Notes: generated by a model from the sequence alone, not told the origin. Positions 8,846-16,111 are shown, counted from the stretch's first letter. The stretch: DNA of 38,645 nt from a virus (IMGVR_UViG_3300020379_000227:1-38645), one strand, 5' to 3'. Translations and numbers: made by a program.

Positions 8846-8905
8846 ATACTCCTATGGTTATAGATCCTACCTATAGATCCTTTCTATAGTTGGGAATTAG
8901 AGAGA

Positions 8906-8930
8906 GAGGGGTGCGTGAGAAACACCCCTC
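8906..8930 (-). terminator. GC-rich hairpin directly after the recombinase stop
   Basis: GAGGGGTG / CACCCCTC 8-bp stem followed on the minus strand by TCTCTCTAATT rather than a U-tract; may be a processing hairpin instead. Confidence 0.45.
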
Positions 8931-8936
8931 AACTTC

Positions 8937-9512
8937 CTACATTATGTTAAGTGCTTCCGCTTTGTTCAAAGCATCCTCTGCACTAATATTCAAATAAAGA
9001 GAAGTAGAAGCAACATTAGAATGCCCTAATAGTTGTCTACACGTTTCTATATCCCTAGTTTTACCATATACAATACTAGGTTTGGTTCTACGTAAGCTAT
9101 GACTAGAATACAGTTCCCAATCTAATCCTGCTTTGTAGGCTATTTCTTTTACTATATTCCGATACATCTTATCACTAAGAGGTTTCAGGTTACCCAGCTT
9201 GTCCGTTGCTCTACTTGGGAACAAAGGCTCATTGCTTTCTAGTTTTCGGGTTCTTACCCATCGATCTACCAGATCCATAGTGAACTCTGATAGTCTACAT
9301 GAAACTCGTCTAGATGTTTTCTTCTGCTTGATCTCTATGTTCTTGCGAACTCTACCATGAGAATCAATTAAATCTTTTACCCTAAGATTTATTAAATCAA
9401 CACATCTAAGACAAGTGTCAACATGGACACAAAATAAAAGTTGGTTTCTACCATGCAGGTTAGCACGTATCGCAAGGATCTGTTCCTGTGTAAAAGGCTT
9501 TTTTTGAGGCAT
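8937..9512 (-). CDS. int: Tyrosine recombinase/integrase, catalytic domain only (191 aa)
   Basis: Catalytic set R (CLRCVDL), K (QKKT), HxxR (HSLRRT), H (LLGHSN), Y (TSLYL). Confidence 0.93.
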   Translation of the reverse strand: MPQKKPFTQEQILAIRANLHGRNQLLFCVHVDTCLRCVDLINLRVKDLIDSHGRVRKNIEIKQKKTSRRVSCRLSEFTMDLVDRWVRTRKLESNEPLFPSRATDKLGNLKPLSDKMYRNIVKEIAYKAGLDWELYSSHSLRRTKPSIVYGKTRDIETCRQLLGHSNVASTSLYLNISAEDALNKAEALNIM

Positions 9513-9750
9513 TTTCTTGAGCTAGTTGAGAGATTAGAGAGAATAAATAGTTTTCGGGTTGAAGTTTTCGGGGTGGAGGATGTTTGTAGGTATGTGCTTT
9601 TGTCCTTCTGCGATTTGCCCCTCTATGATTATTTTGTCTAAATTTCATAAATAAATTCTGTAGATGAGATTTAGTTTTCGGGCATCCTGCCAAGTTTTCG
9701 GGTCCATCCCTTAATTACACTCCAGAGAATGCAATTAAAAAAGAGATCAG

Positions 9751-9779
9751 ATTAGAAAAAAATATAAAAATATTGTCAA
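9751..9779 (-). promoter_or_regulatory. Host sigma70-type promoter upstream of the recombinase
   Basis: TTGACA (9779-9774), 17 nt, TCTAAT (9756-9751); AT-rich upstream tract. Confidence 0.55.
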
Positions 9780-9806
9780 GAAAAAAATTAATTTAGTAGA
9801 TACGAA

Positions 9807-9846
9807 ACCCTTGAAACATACGAATATTATACCATGTTCCAAGGGT
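9807..9846 (-). terminator. Intergenic hairpin (terminator or RNA processing site)
   Basis: ACCCTTG-AAACAT ... ATGTTC-CAAGGGT, downstream of the 97-aa gene. Confidence 0.5.
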
Positions 9847-9870
9847 CTGAGGAAGGAAAAGAGAAATGAA

Positions 9871-10164
9871 TTATCCTAAATCGAAATAAACTTTTATTTC
9901 AGTTAATTCCCGCTCTCCAGATTTGAGTAAAGCAGATTTAAAAAGTTTATCGTCAATGTAAAAATGAAAACTTCGATCACCATTTGGTAGATCCCTGCAC
10001 GTTGTACGATGAGACAGAAAATGATGAGAGTTTTTTGAACTAGTTCCTACTCTTATTTCTGTATCAGAATGTTTTTTAATTCCAAAACTTTTGTTTCCTG
10101 TTCCTCTGCCATGATTAGCATAGGCACAAGAATCAATCTTACACCAGATTGGATATTGTCGCAT
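9871..10164 (-). CDS. Early hypothetical protein
   Basis: RBS AAAAGGA and leader motif upstream; 97 aa. Confidence 0.8.
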   Translation of the reverse strand: MRQYPIWCKIDSCAYANHGRGTGNKSFGIKKHSDTEIRVGTSSKNSHHFLSHRTTCRDLPNGDRSFHFYIDDKLFKSALLKSGERELTEIKVYFDLG

Positions 10165-10270
10165 AGCATCCTTTTAATTGAGAATTAGAGAGTTTTTAAA
10201 ATGGTCTGAGAATAGACCTTATTGACCTATCATCAATGACAGATCAAAAAATTCAATTCTCAGTAGAAAC

Positions 10271-10309
10271 AAAAAACCCCAGAGAATACAATTAGATTCC
10301 CTAGGGTTT
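10271..10309 (-). terminator. Probable intrinsic terminator
   Basis: Minus strand ACCCTAGGGAAT...ATTCTCTGGGGT stem followed by a T-tract. Confidence 0.55.
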
Positions 10310-10333
10310 GAATTAAATAGAATTTGGTATGAA

Positions 10334-10558
10334 TTAGAATTCACCCCTCATGAATGGTTCATCTACTTGTGGAACTTCTAACCTACCATCATTTACATAT
10401 ACATAATTTCGAGTAATTCTATTTTTAAAAGGAATTAAACCTTTCAGATTATCTGTCATTAACATGAATTCTTTATAATCTAAATGCTTGTAATGTTCGC
10501 TTTCTTCTATTGCTTTTTCCAGTTCCCAAAAAGCTACTTCAATTGTTACTTTATCCAT
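10334..10558 (-). CDS. Early hypothetical protein (74 aa, MDKVTIEV...)
   Basis: ATG at 10558 overlaps the stop of the upstream 45-aa ORF; ORF track extends it to a TTG at 10609. Confidence 0.75.
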   Translation of the reverse strand: MDKVTIEVAFWELEKAIEESEHYKHLDYKEFMLMTDNLKGLIPFKNRITRNYVYVNDGRLEVPQVDEPFMRGEF

Positions 10559-10688
10559 TATCTTGCTCAATAAAAGGTTTTGTATATTTCTGGTATAGAT
10601 CCCTTTCAATGCGGATCAATTCGCCAATGATTCCCAAACCTAAAATTACTGTTGAGATTAAAATTATGATTTCGAGTTTCCTTTGCAT
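10551..10688 (-). CDS. Small single-pass membrane protein (45 aa, not in ORF track)
   Basis: MQRKLEIIILISTVILGLGIIGELIRIERDLYQKYTKPFIEQDNG; RBS AAAGGT and leader motif upstream. Confidence 0.7.
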   Translation of the reverse strand: MQRKLEIIILISTVILGLGIIGELIRIERDLYQKYTKPFIEQDNG

Positions 10689-10756
10689 GATTGTACCTTT
10701 GAGAGAATTAGAGAGAACCCTAGGATTTAAAAGAAAACCCTAGGGATGAAATTAAA

Positions 10757-10924
10757 CTAGTTATACTTAGTGCATTTGCCGTAAAGTAATTCCATTTTAA
10801 GTTTACCATTCTTTACTTTGAGTGAATGGTTTTCTCTTTCTAATCTAGTTATTCTTTCCATGCTGGAAATTACATTATTGATCAGAAGTTTATTTTGTGT
10901 AATGGCTCGCATTTCAGTTGACAT
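10757..10924 (-). CDS. Small coiled-coil-like early protein (55 aa, not in ORF track)
   Basis: MSTEMRAITQNKLLINNVISSMERITRLERENHSLKVKNGKLKMELLYGKCTKYN; RBS GAAAGGT and leader motif upstream. Confidence 0.7.
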   Translation of the reverse strand: MSTEMRAITQNKLLINNVISSMERITRLERENHSLKVKNGKLKMELLYGKCTKYN

Positions 10925-10997
10925 AAATACCTTTCATATAATGAGAATTAGAGAGAACTAGGGAACCTTAATTGATTCCCTAGGTAATGAAATAAGA

Positions 10998-11255
10998 TTA
11001 AGCAGGGAAAGCCCGAACGGATTTGCCTACAAGTTGAGGTGCAAATTTATCTTTAGCACCAGATATAACTGTATCAATGTCGAGATTATCAGCATCAGCT
11101 TTAAATCTCTTTTCAGCATCTGTTCTAGTTGATGCTTCTATTTCTACTGTACTACGTACAATCTGCTTGCATTCAAATTCAACCAAGAATTTTTTTAAAC
11201 CTGAAGCTACTGTTTCGAGTGCTTCTACTTTTTCTTCTACTTTATCTTTTCCCAT
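10998..11255 (-). CDS. Early hypothetical protein
   Basis: RBS AAAAGGA and leader motif upstream; 85 aa. Confidence 0.8.
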   Translation of the reverse strand: MGKDKVEEKVEALETVASGLKKFLVEFECKQIVRSTVEIEASTRTDAEKRFKADADNLDIDTVISGAKDKFAPQLVGKSVRAFPA

Positions 11256-11420
11256 AATATTCCTTTTGATATGAGAATTAGAGAGAATCAGAATAAATTA
11301 ATTTTTACCCTGAGAACACAACTATAGTTAATTGTGTTCTTCGGATACCCTAGGACCATAAATCGGAAAAGATCAGATGAAACTTTCAACGCTATTATAA
11401 TCCTAGGGAATGAATTAAAG

Positions 11421-12344
11421 TTATGCTGTTTCCATTTCTTCCAATCTTTCTTGCATTTCTAAATTTGATCTCTCTTGATCATTTAGATCACTTGGCATTT
11501 CTGAAACTGGCATTGTCTCAAACTCATCATCACTCAATTCAATAATACTACTTGTGTCCAAGTTAACTATATTATCCATCATTCCGCATAGTTTTATGTT
11601 TCGAGTAGTGACTTGATCAAGATTCTTATAGCACTTAAAACTTTCTGTAAAAGCATTATTAAGTGACCATAAGGTTCTAGGTTTGAATTCGTCATGAGTT
11701 GAACTTTGTGAATCTTCTGTCATACGCCATTCATTTAAAACCTTGTAAAGGTTAGAAGGTGATAAAACACCAGCATCACAAGCACGTACACAAAAATCAT
11801 GAACCCATGAATCACTTTCTACTTTTCTGCTTTTATATGCTTCTATTCTTTGATCATTAATATCATCTAAGAATTTAAGTTGTTCTACTGCTTTAAGAAT
11901 TAAATTAGGCAAACGTAGGAATATATTTTTTGTGTGCCTTGTTTTTACTACAATCTCACCAGAAAAAATAAGATTAGAACAAACTGTGATCCTAGATCCA
12001 CCAGCTAATGCAACTGGGAATTTTTTGTCATGGGAATTTCGATAGGCAATAATACTTTTATAATCTGCATTATGCTTATCATAATAAACGTCACAAATCC
12101 CAAACATCCGATTATGATCATGAGTTGTGCCTTGTGTAAAATTACTTAGCTCAATTCCAATATTATTAGCACTCTCTGTGATGTATTTAAGGACATCACT
12201 ATGTGGAACAGTTTGATGAGTGATGACACCTAAATCATTTTTTTCAGGTGCTGGTGTCGGAAGTGATTCAAGTTCAGCAAGACCAATGTCCAAACCTAAA
12301 CCATAGTTAGTCAAACGTGTGTTTGATTGTGTCAACTGTGTCAT
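11421..12344 (-). CDS. DUF932-family (phage/plasmid leading-region) protein with acidic tail
   Basis: YRNSHDKK...GSRITVCSNL, ..RHT, TLWSLNNAFTE match the DUF932 pattern; first gene after the early promoters. Confidence 0.8.
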   Translation of the reverse strand: MTQLTQSNTRLTNYGLGLDIGLAELESLPTPAPEKNDLGVITHQTVPHSDVLKYITESANNIGIELSNFTQGTTHDHNRMFGICDVYYDKHNADYKSIIAYRNSHDKKFPVALAGGSRITVCSNLIFSGEIVVKTRHTKNIFLRLPNLILKAVEQLKFLDDINDQRIEAYKSRKVESDSWVHDFCVRACDAGVLSPSNLYKVLNEWRMTEDSQSSTHDEFKPRTLWSLNNAFTESFKCYKNLDQVTTRNIKLCGMMDNIVNLDTSSIIELSDDEFETMPVSEMPSDLNDQERSNLEMQERLEEMETA

Positions 12345-12405
12345 GGTGTACCTTTCTTTATATTGAGAATTAGAGAAACACGTTAATCTAAATGACTAAC
12401 GTAAG

Positions 12406-12436
12406 ACCATGTTATTATATGCACATGGTTTGTCAA
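12406..12436 (-). promoter_or_regulatory. Early sigma70-type promoter overlapped by a palindrome
   Basis: TTGACA (12436-12431), 16 nt, TAACAT (12414-12409); inverted repeat ACCATGT (12406-12412) / ACATGGT (12423-12429). Confidence 0.6.
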
Positions 12437-12517
12437 TAGCAGAAAGTGAATTTATTTACAAAACACCTGAAATCATTGAAGAAATATTATTTATCCCAGA
12501 AAACCCCGATATTCACC

Positions 12518-12586
12518 TATCTTGTATAAGATGAGAACCTTGAGGATATCTTGTATCTTGTATAGGAATCTAATTGTTATCTTGTA
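12518..12586. repeat. Four direct copies of TATCTTGTA
   Basis: At 12518, 12547, 12554, 12578. Confidence 0.85.
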
Positions 12587-12595
12587 GAATGTCAA
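12567..12595 (-). promoter_or_regulatory. Early sigma70-type promoter
   Basis: TTGACA (12595-12590), 17 nt, TAGATT (12572-12567). Confidence 0.65.
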
Positions 12596-12599
12596 TTAG

Positions 12600-13133
12600 A
12601 TATAAGGTGTCCTAGGTATCCATGGTATTACATTTGTAATCTGGTTTAACTTATGTAAATAAGATTAATGAAATGAAAAAACGATAGTATAAATAAATGG
12701 ATGAAAATTTAATTTAATTCTCTACAAAAACAATTAAGTTGATTCCTAGTAGTTTTGCCCGTCTGCTAACTTATTGAAATCATTACTATTCGTATTTCCG
12801 TTTTGGATAAAACCGGAAACTAAGGATCTTTGAGGGGGGCCAAGGGGGGATTTCGGGGTACACATACGTAGTAAGGTATTCAAATTTTTGCACCAAATTA
12901 TTTACAGTCATACAGAATACCGAACCCCATAGGATACAGTCTATAGTACCCTATATTTAAGTATACTCTAGTAGACCCATGGATATGGGAATCATAAGAC
13001 ACAGATTAAAAGCAAAAGAAGTAAAACTAAAGTACCTTACCAATGGTATACCCTAAGTATACCTATAGTATACCCTAGGTATACCCAAGTATAACTAAAG
13101 TCTAGTTCAAGGTACTACTTTCTACTACTTCTA
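12600..13133. other. Non-coding region expected to contain the physical genome ends (direct terminal repeat)
   Basis: Only long non-coding stretch, between terminase stop and early promoters, as in T7; includes G-run block 12832-12858. Confidence 0.7.
13046..13099. repeat. Five tandem ~11-bp units GTATACCYWAR
   Basis: GTATACCCTAA GTATACCTATA GTATACCCTAG GTATACCCAA GTATAACTAAA. Confidence 0.85.
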
Positions 13134-14837
13134 CTAATGATTACTACTGCTAAAATAAGTATACACAGGTTCCCCTAGGCTCTTAGGTTTACTAAGGTAT
13201 GCCTTACTACCCTCCATAAAGTTCTCTAGTTCCATGTCTAATGCTTCTTCTTTTTGTCTATTACTTTCTACTTGTTGATCAGCACCTATCTGTTCTATCC
13301 AGTATCCTATTGCCATACTGAGAGCATCTAGTCTGTCATCATGTCTTAGTGATCCCCTCTCCCTAGTTATCCTAGTCATCTGGTAAAACAGTTGCTTCCT
13401 CAAGGAATCCTCAACATTGTACTCTTTAGTAGACTCATAGTCCTCTGTAATAACATTGGTATCCACTATAAGTCTATGTTGCATCATTACTGGTTCTAGG
13501 GTATCAATAATTCTTCTTTCTTTTTGTGTGTTACTTCTTACTTCTTCTATCCCAACAGGATATATTCTTTTTAGATGTGGTTTTAGTAACTCACTAAACA
13601 TACCATCCCCAAAGTTACTCTCAACTAGTACCAGATTTACCTTGTAACCCTTTGCCAGTTTAACAAGGCTTGTCATTACCTCATCAGAGTACCCCCCACT
13701 AAACCCTCCTGCTTTACATAGGTACAAGTTACCATTCAGCATTTTGACAATAGCAAAAGCAGTCTCATCCTTACCTCTGCCACTAGGGTCTATACTCATG
13801 ACAGACCCAGTATATTCTTGCCACCCACTAGGTAAATCTAGAGGACCATACCAACCATCCCCAGCTAGACCAACATTAGGTAGATCACTTAGTTTAGTAT
13901 GGTTTAATCTTCCTGCTATTACTTCTTGCGGACCTTTATCTTTAGGTATATCCATAACTATTAGGTCTTGTGTCTTTAATGGATACCTATCTGCATCAGA
14001 AAGACTGGTATCCAGCATAAACTGAAGACTAAACCCTGCTCTCCCATAACTTAGTTCTCTTTCTTCTAGATCATAGCTATCAAATCTATCTGGATCTGTA
14101 GGTGACCCAGCTTCTCCCTTATGGTTTAGTATGTAGTCACTTAATCGTGTCCCATACTTCTCTTTTAGTTTCTGATCTGGAACTCTGGCACACCAAATCT
14201 TTAACTCATATCCTCTCTCTGGCAGTACCTCATAGAGTGTCTGTTCACTCTGAGGTGTACCTAAGAATATAATCCTCCCACTAGGCTTTAGAATAGCATC
14301 AAATTCCTTCACAGACTCCGCTATACGATCCCTCATCCCTTGAGTCATGGAGTTATTTGGTACTTCTATATCATCAGCAATAATTAAGTCTGCTCTGGAC
14401 CCTGCCATTTGACCCGTAATACCCACAGATTTTACAGAAGGTGCGTGAGCAGGGGTAGAAGGGCCAACATCGAAAGAAATTTTACTCTGCCTCTGGTGGT
14501 CGGAGGGACGTAAATGTTGTAGCACAGGCATTTCTAAGATCAATCTCTGGGTAAATGTACTAAAATCATCTGATCTTATTTTACTTGCACTAACAACTAA
14601 TATCTTTGTCTCAGGATTCTTTAATAGACTAAAGCAACAATAAGCAGAAGTAATATAACTTTTACCTATACCCCTAAATGCCTCAATGACTAGTCTACGT
14701 GGACCTTCTTCTAGGTATGTAGCTATATCTTGTTGGATTGGGGTTGGTTGTGGAAGATGTAGGTGGTTCCACACATGGGAGAGGAATATCGGGAACGTAA
14801 GTCTATCTAGTAACTCTGCTTCAGTTGCAGTTGTCAA
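13134..14837 (-). CDS. terL: Terminase large subunit (T7 gp19-like)
   Basis: AFRGIGKS (Walker A), GSRADLIIADDIE (Walker B), LGTPQ, nuclease IDPSGRGKDE, HDDRLDAL. Confidence 0.98.
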   Translation of the reverse strand: MTTATEAELLDRLTFPIFLSHVWNHLHLPQPTPIQQDIATYLEEGPRRLVIEAFRGIGKSYITSAYCCFSLLKNPETKILVVSASKIRSDDFSTFTQRLILEMPVLQHLRPSDHQRQSKISFDVGPSTPAHAPSVKSVGITGQMAGSRADLIIADDIEVPNNSMTQGMRDRIAESVKEFDAILKPSGRIIFLGTPQSEQTLYEVLPERGYELKIWCARVPDQKLKEKYGTRLSDYILNHKGEAGSPTDPDRFDSYDLEERELSYGRAGFSLQFMLDTSLSDADRYPLKTQDLIVMDIPKDKGPQEVIAGRLNHTKLSDLPNVGLAGDGWYGPLDLPSGWQEYTGSVMSIDPSGRGKDETAFAIVKMLNGNLYLCKAGGFSGGYSDEVMTSLVKLAKGYKVNLVLVESNFGDGMFSELLKPHLKRIYPVGIEEVRSNTQKERRIIDTLEPVMMQHRLIVDTNVITEDYESTKEYNVEDSLRKQLFYQMTRITRERGSLRHDDRLDALSMAIGYWIEQIGADQQVESNRQKEEALDMELENFMEGSKAYLSKPKSLGEPVYTYFSSSNH

Positions 14838-15030
14838 TAGACTCAGGTGGGGGAAGAGTATCTAGTAAATTCTTGAGAGGACTATCGGCTACTGGTAGTG
14901 CTTCTATGTGGTTATCTCTAAGGAATTGTCTAGCAACATTAAGATCCCCAGCAGAAGCATCACCACTAGTAATTCTAGTAAGTAGTTCTTGTGTAAGAAC
15001 ATTGTGTAAGCGTTCTAGTTGATCCTGCAT
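14821..15030 (-). CDS. terS: Terminase small subunit (T7 gp18-like)
   Basis: LH..L..ELL.RI..G.A...DLNVARQFLRDNHI; directly upstream of terL. Confidence 0.88.
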   Translation of the reverse strand: MQDQLERLHNVLTQELLTRITSGDASAGDLNVARQFLRDNHIEALPVADSPLKNLLDTLPPPESIDNCN

Positions 15031-15031
15031 A

Positions 15032-15334
15032 TTAGGTTATAGCTAATTTATTTCTGTTACTTATTGCTTTTGCTTTCTTTTTAGCATCTGCTTTAGAACT
15101 AGCACCCCATGCTTTAAGAGAAAGTAGCAACCTAGTAGGTTTACCATCTTTATATTCAGGTCCAGCCATATTACCCATTCTAGCAAGGAAACTTGCTCTC
15201 CTAGGGTTATCACCTTTCCTAACAGGGGCTTTTAAAGTACCCCCTGTTTCTCTTTTATAGCTATCCCTACCTTTTTTATTTAATCCTCCAGAAGGATTTT
15301 TACCTTCCTTCCGTTGCCAAGCAGGAGATCCCAT
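15032..15334 (-). CDS. Conserved basic phage protein (AWQRKEGKNP.GGLN family)
   Basis: AWQRKEGKNPSGGLN..GR, LKAPV, RRASF.ARM, PTRL.LSL.AW, a pattern common in aquatic phages. Confidence 0.75.
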   Translation of the reverse strand: MGSPAWQRKEGKNPSGGLNKKGRDSYKRETGGTLKAPVRKGDNPRRASFLARMGNMAGPEYKDGKPTRLLLSLKAWGASSKADAKKKAKAISNRNKLAIT

Positions 15335-15336
15335 AT

Positions 15337-15525
15337 TTAACTAATTCGCAGAGGATTCTTTTTAGCAGTCTTAGCACTATTGACAAAATCCTGTCTACTA
15401 GGACTACCTTTGGAACCCACTTTACGAGGTTTACCACCTCTTAGTCGTTTAAGATGTATATTTCTGTACAATCCTGGCTTTTGTTTAAGTAGCTTGGATA
15501 TTTTCTGTTGTTTAGTAAGTTCCAT
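15337..15525 (-). CDS. Small basic phage protein
   Basis: GLY.NIH.KR..G..RKVGSKG.P...F..SAKTAK pattern. Confidence 0.75.
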   Translation of the reverse strand: MELTKQQKISKLLKQKPGLYRNIHLKRLRGGKPRKVGSKGSPSRQDFVNSAKTAKKNPLRIS

Positions 15526-15743
15526 CAGTAAATCTTGAGTGGGTTTTTCTTCTTTTTCTTTTTACGTTTTGGAGAATAATTCATTTTAGATAGCTCATTA
15601 CGATGAAATACACGTTGACTAGATTCATTATGTGTTTTACCTGTGTGTACATGACCATTAGGCATTTTATGAGTAGAACCATTGTACTCAGTACCATCTT
15701 TTAGGTAATGTTTAACACCTTTCACTAATAACTCCATACCCAA
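15525..15743 (-). CDS. Small basic His-rich phage protein
   Basis: KGVKHY.KDG..Y.G.THKMPNG..HTGKTH..SS..VFH. Confidence 0.75.
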   Translation of the reverse strand: MGMELLVKGVKHYLKDGTEYNGSTHKMPNGHVHTGKTHNESSQRVFHRNELSKMNYSPKRKKKKKKNPLKIY

Positions 15744-16111
15744 GGACGAGGTTTGCTTGTATTAGGAATTAACATATCAAGATGTAGGAATCTTTTACTG
15801 TGATCACCTTTTTGTGATACACCAATCCCTGTCATTCCATGTTTAATAGCTAATTCCATAATTTTAAGAGCATCACCACCACTACATACTACATCTACTG
15901 CTCTACCAGTAGTATGAGGACCAGTTAAACCAGAACCAGACACTTGGTCATTGTATTCAGGACAACGATACCCACTAGAGACTATCATAGGTTTATCTAG
16001 TTCCATTCTGACCTTCTCTAGTGCTTGCATGAACTCTGGGACCATCTTACAGTCACCAGAACCTTTACATTTCATCTCATTTTCTGAGAAATGATCTGTA
16101 ATCATCCCCAT
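15725..16111 (-). CDS. Peptidase M15A endolysin
   Basis: HFS..E..C, SSGYRCPEYN, H.TGRAVD, FLHLD (Zn ligands H, D, H). Confidence 0.9.
   Translation of the reverse strand: MGMITDHFSENEMKCKGSGDCKMVPEFMQALEKVRMELDKPMIVSSGYRCPEYNDQVSGSGLTGPHTTGRAVDVVCSGGDALKIMELAIKHGMTGIGVSQKGDHSKRFLHLDMLIPNTSKPRPWVWSY

Larger units (their letters stand above)
8784..9702. repeat. Six exact direct copies of AGTTTTCGGG
   Basis: Copies at 8784, 9241, 9549, 9563, 9673 and 9693. Confidence 0.9.
8892..12376 (-). repeat. Dispersed early-gene leader motif (+ strand GAGAATTAGAGAG), 7 copies
   Basis: Copies at 8892 (GGGAATTAGAGAG), 9528 (GAGAGATTAGAGAG), 10180, 10703, 10943, 11273, 12365 (last base differs); each is just upstream of a minus-strand gene. 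Confidence 0.92.

Noticed and set aside
8925-8952. TTATGTTAAGT resembling the XerD arm of dif
   Set aside because: No XerC-like arm at the right spacing; explained by the recombinase's last codons.
9460-9693. 77-aa ORF as the missing N-terminal recombinase domain
   Set aside because: No helical core-binding character, runs through repeats and the leader motif, TTG start; no clear frameshift signal.
8521-9870. tRNA gene or tRNA-derived attP core
   Set aside because: No T-arm/acceptor signature (GGTTCGA-like, CCA end) or cloverleaf seen here or elsewhere by eye.
8892-12376. Repeated motif as a CRISPR array
   Set aside because: Repeats are about 13-15 bp, separated by whole genes of variable length; no cas genes.
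8892-12376. Repeated motif as the phage RNAP promoter
   Set aside because: Confined to the early region and absent upstream of replication and structural genes where phage promoters are expected; not fully excluded.
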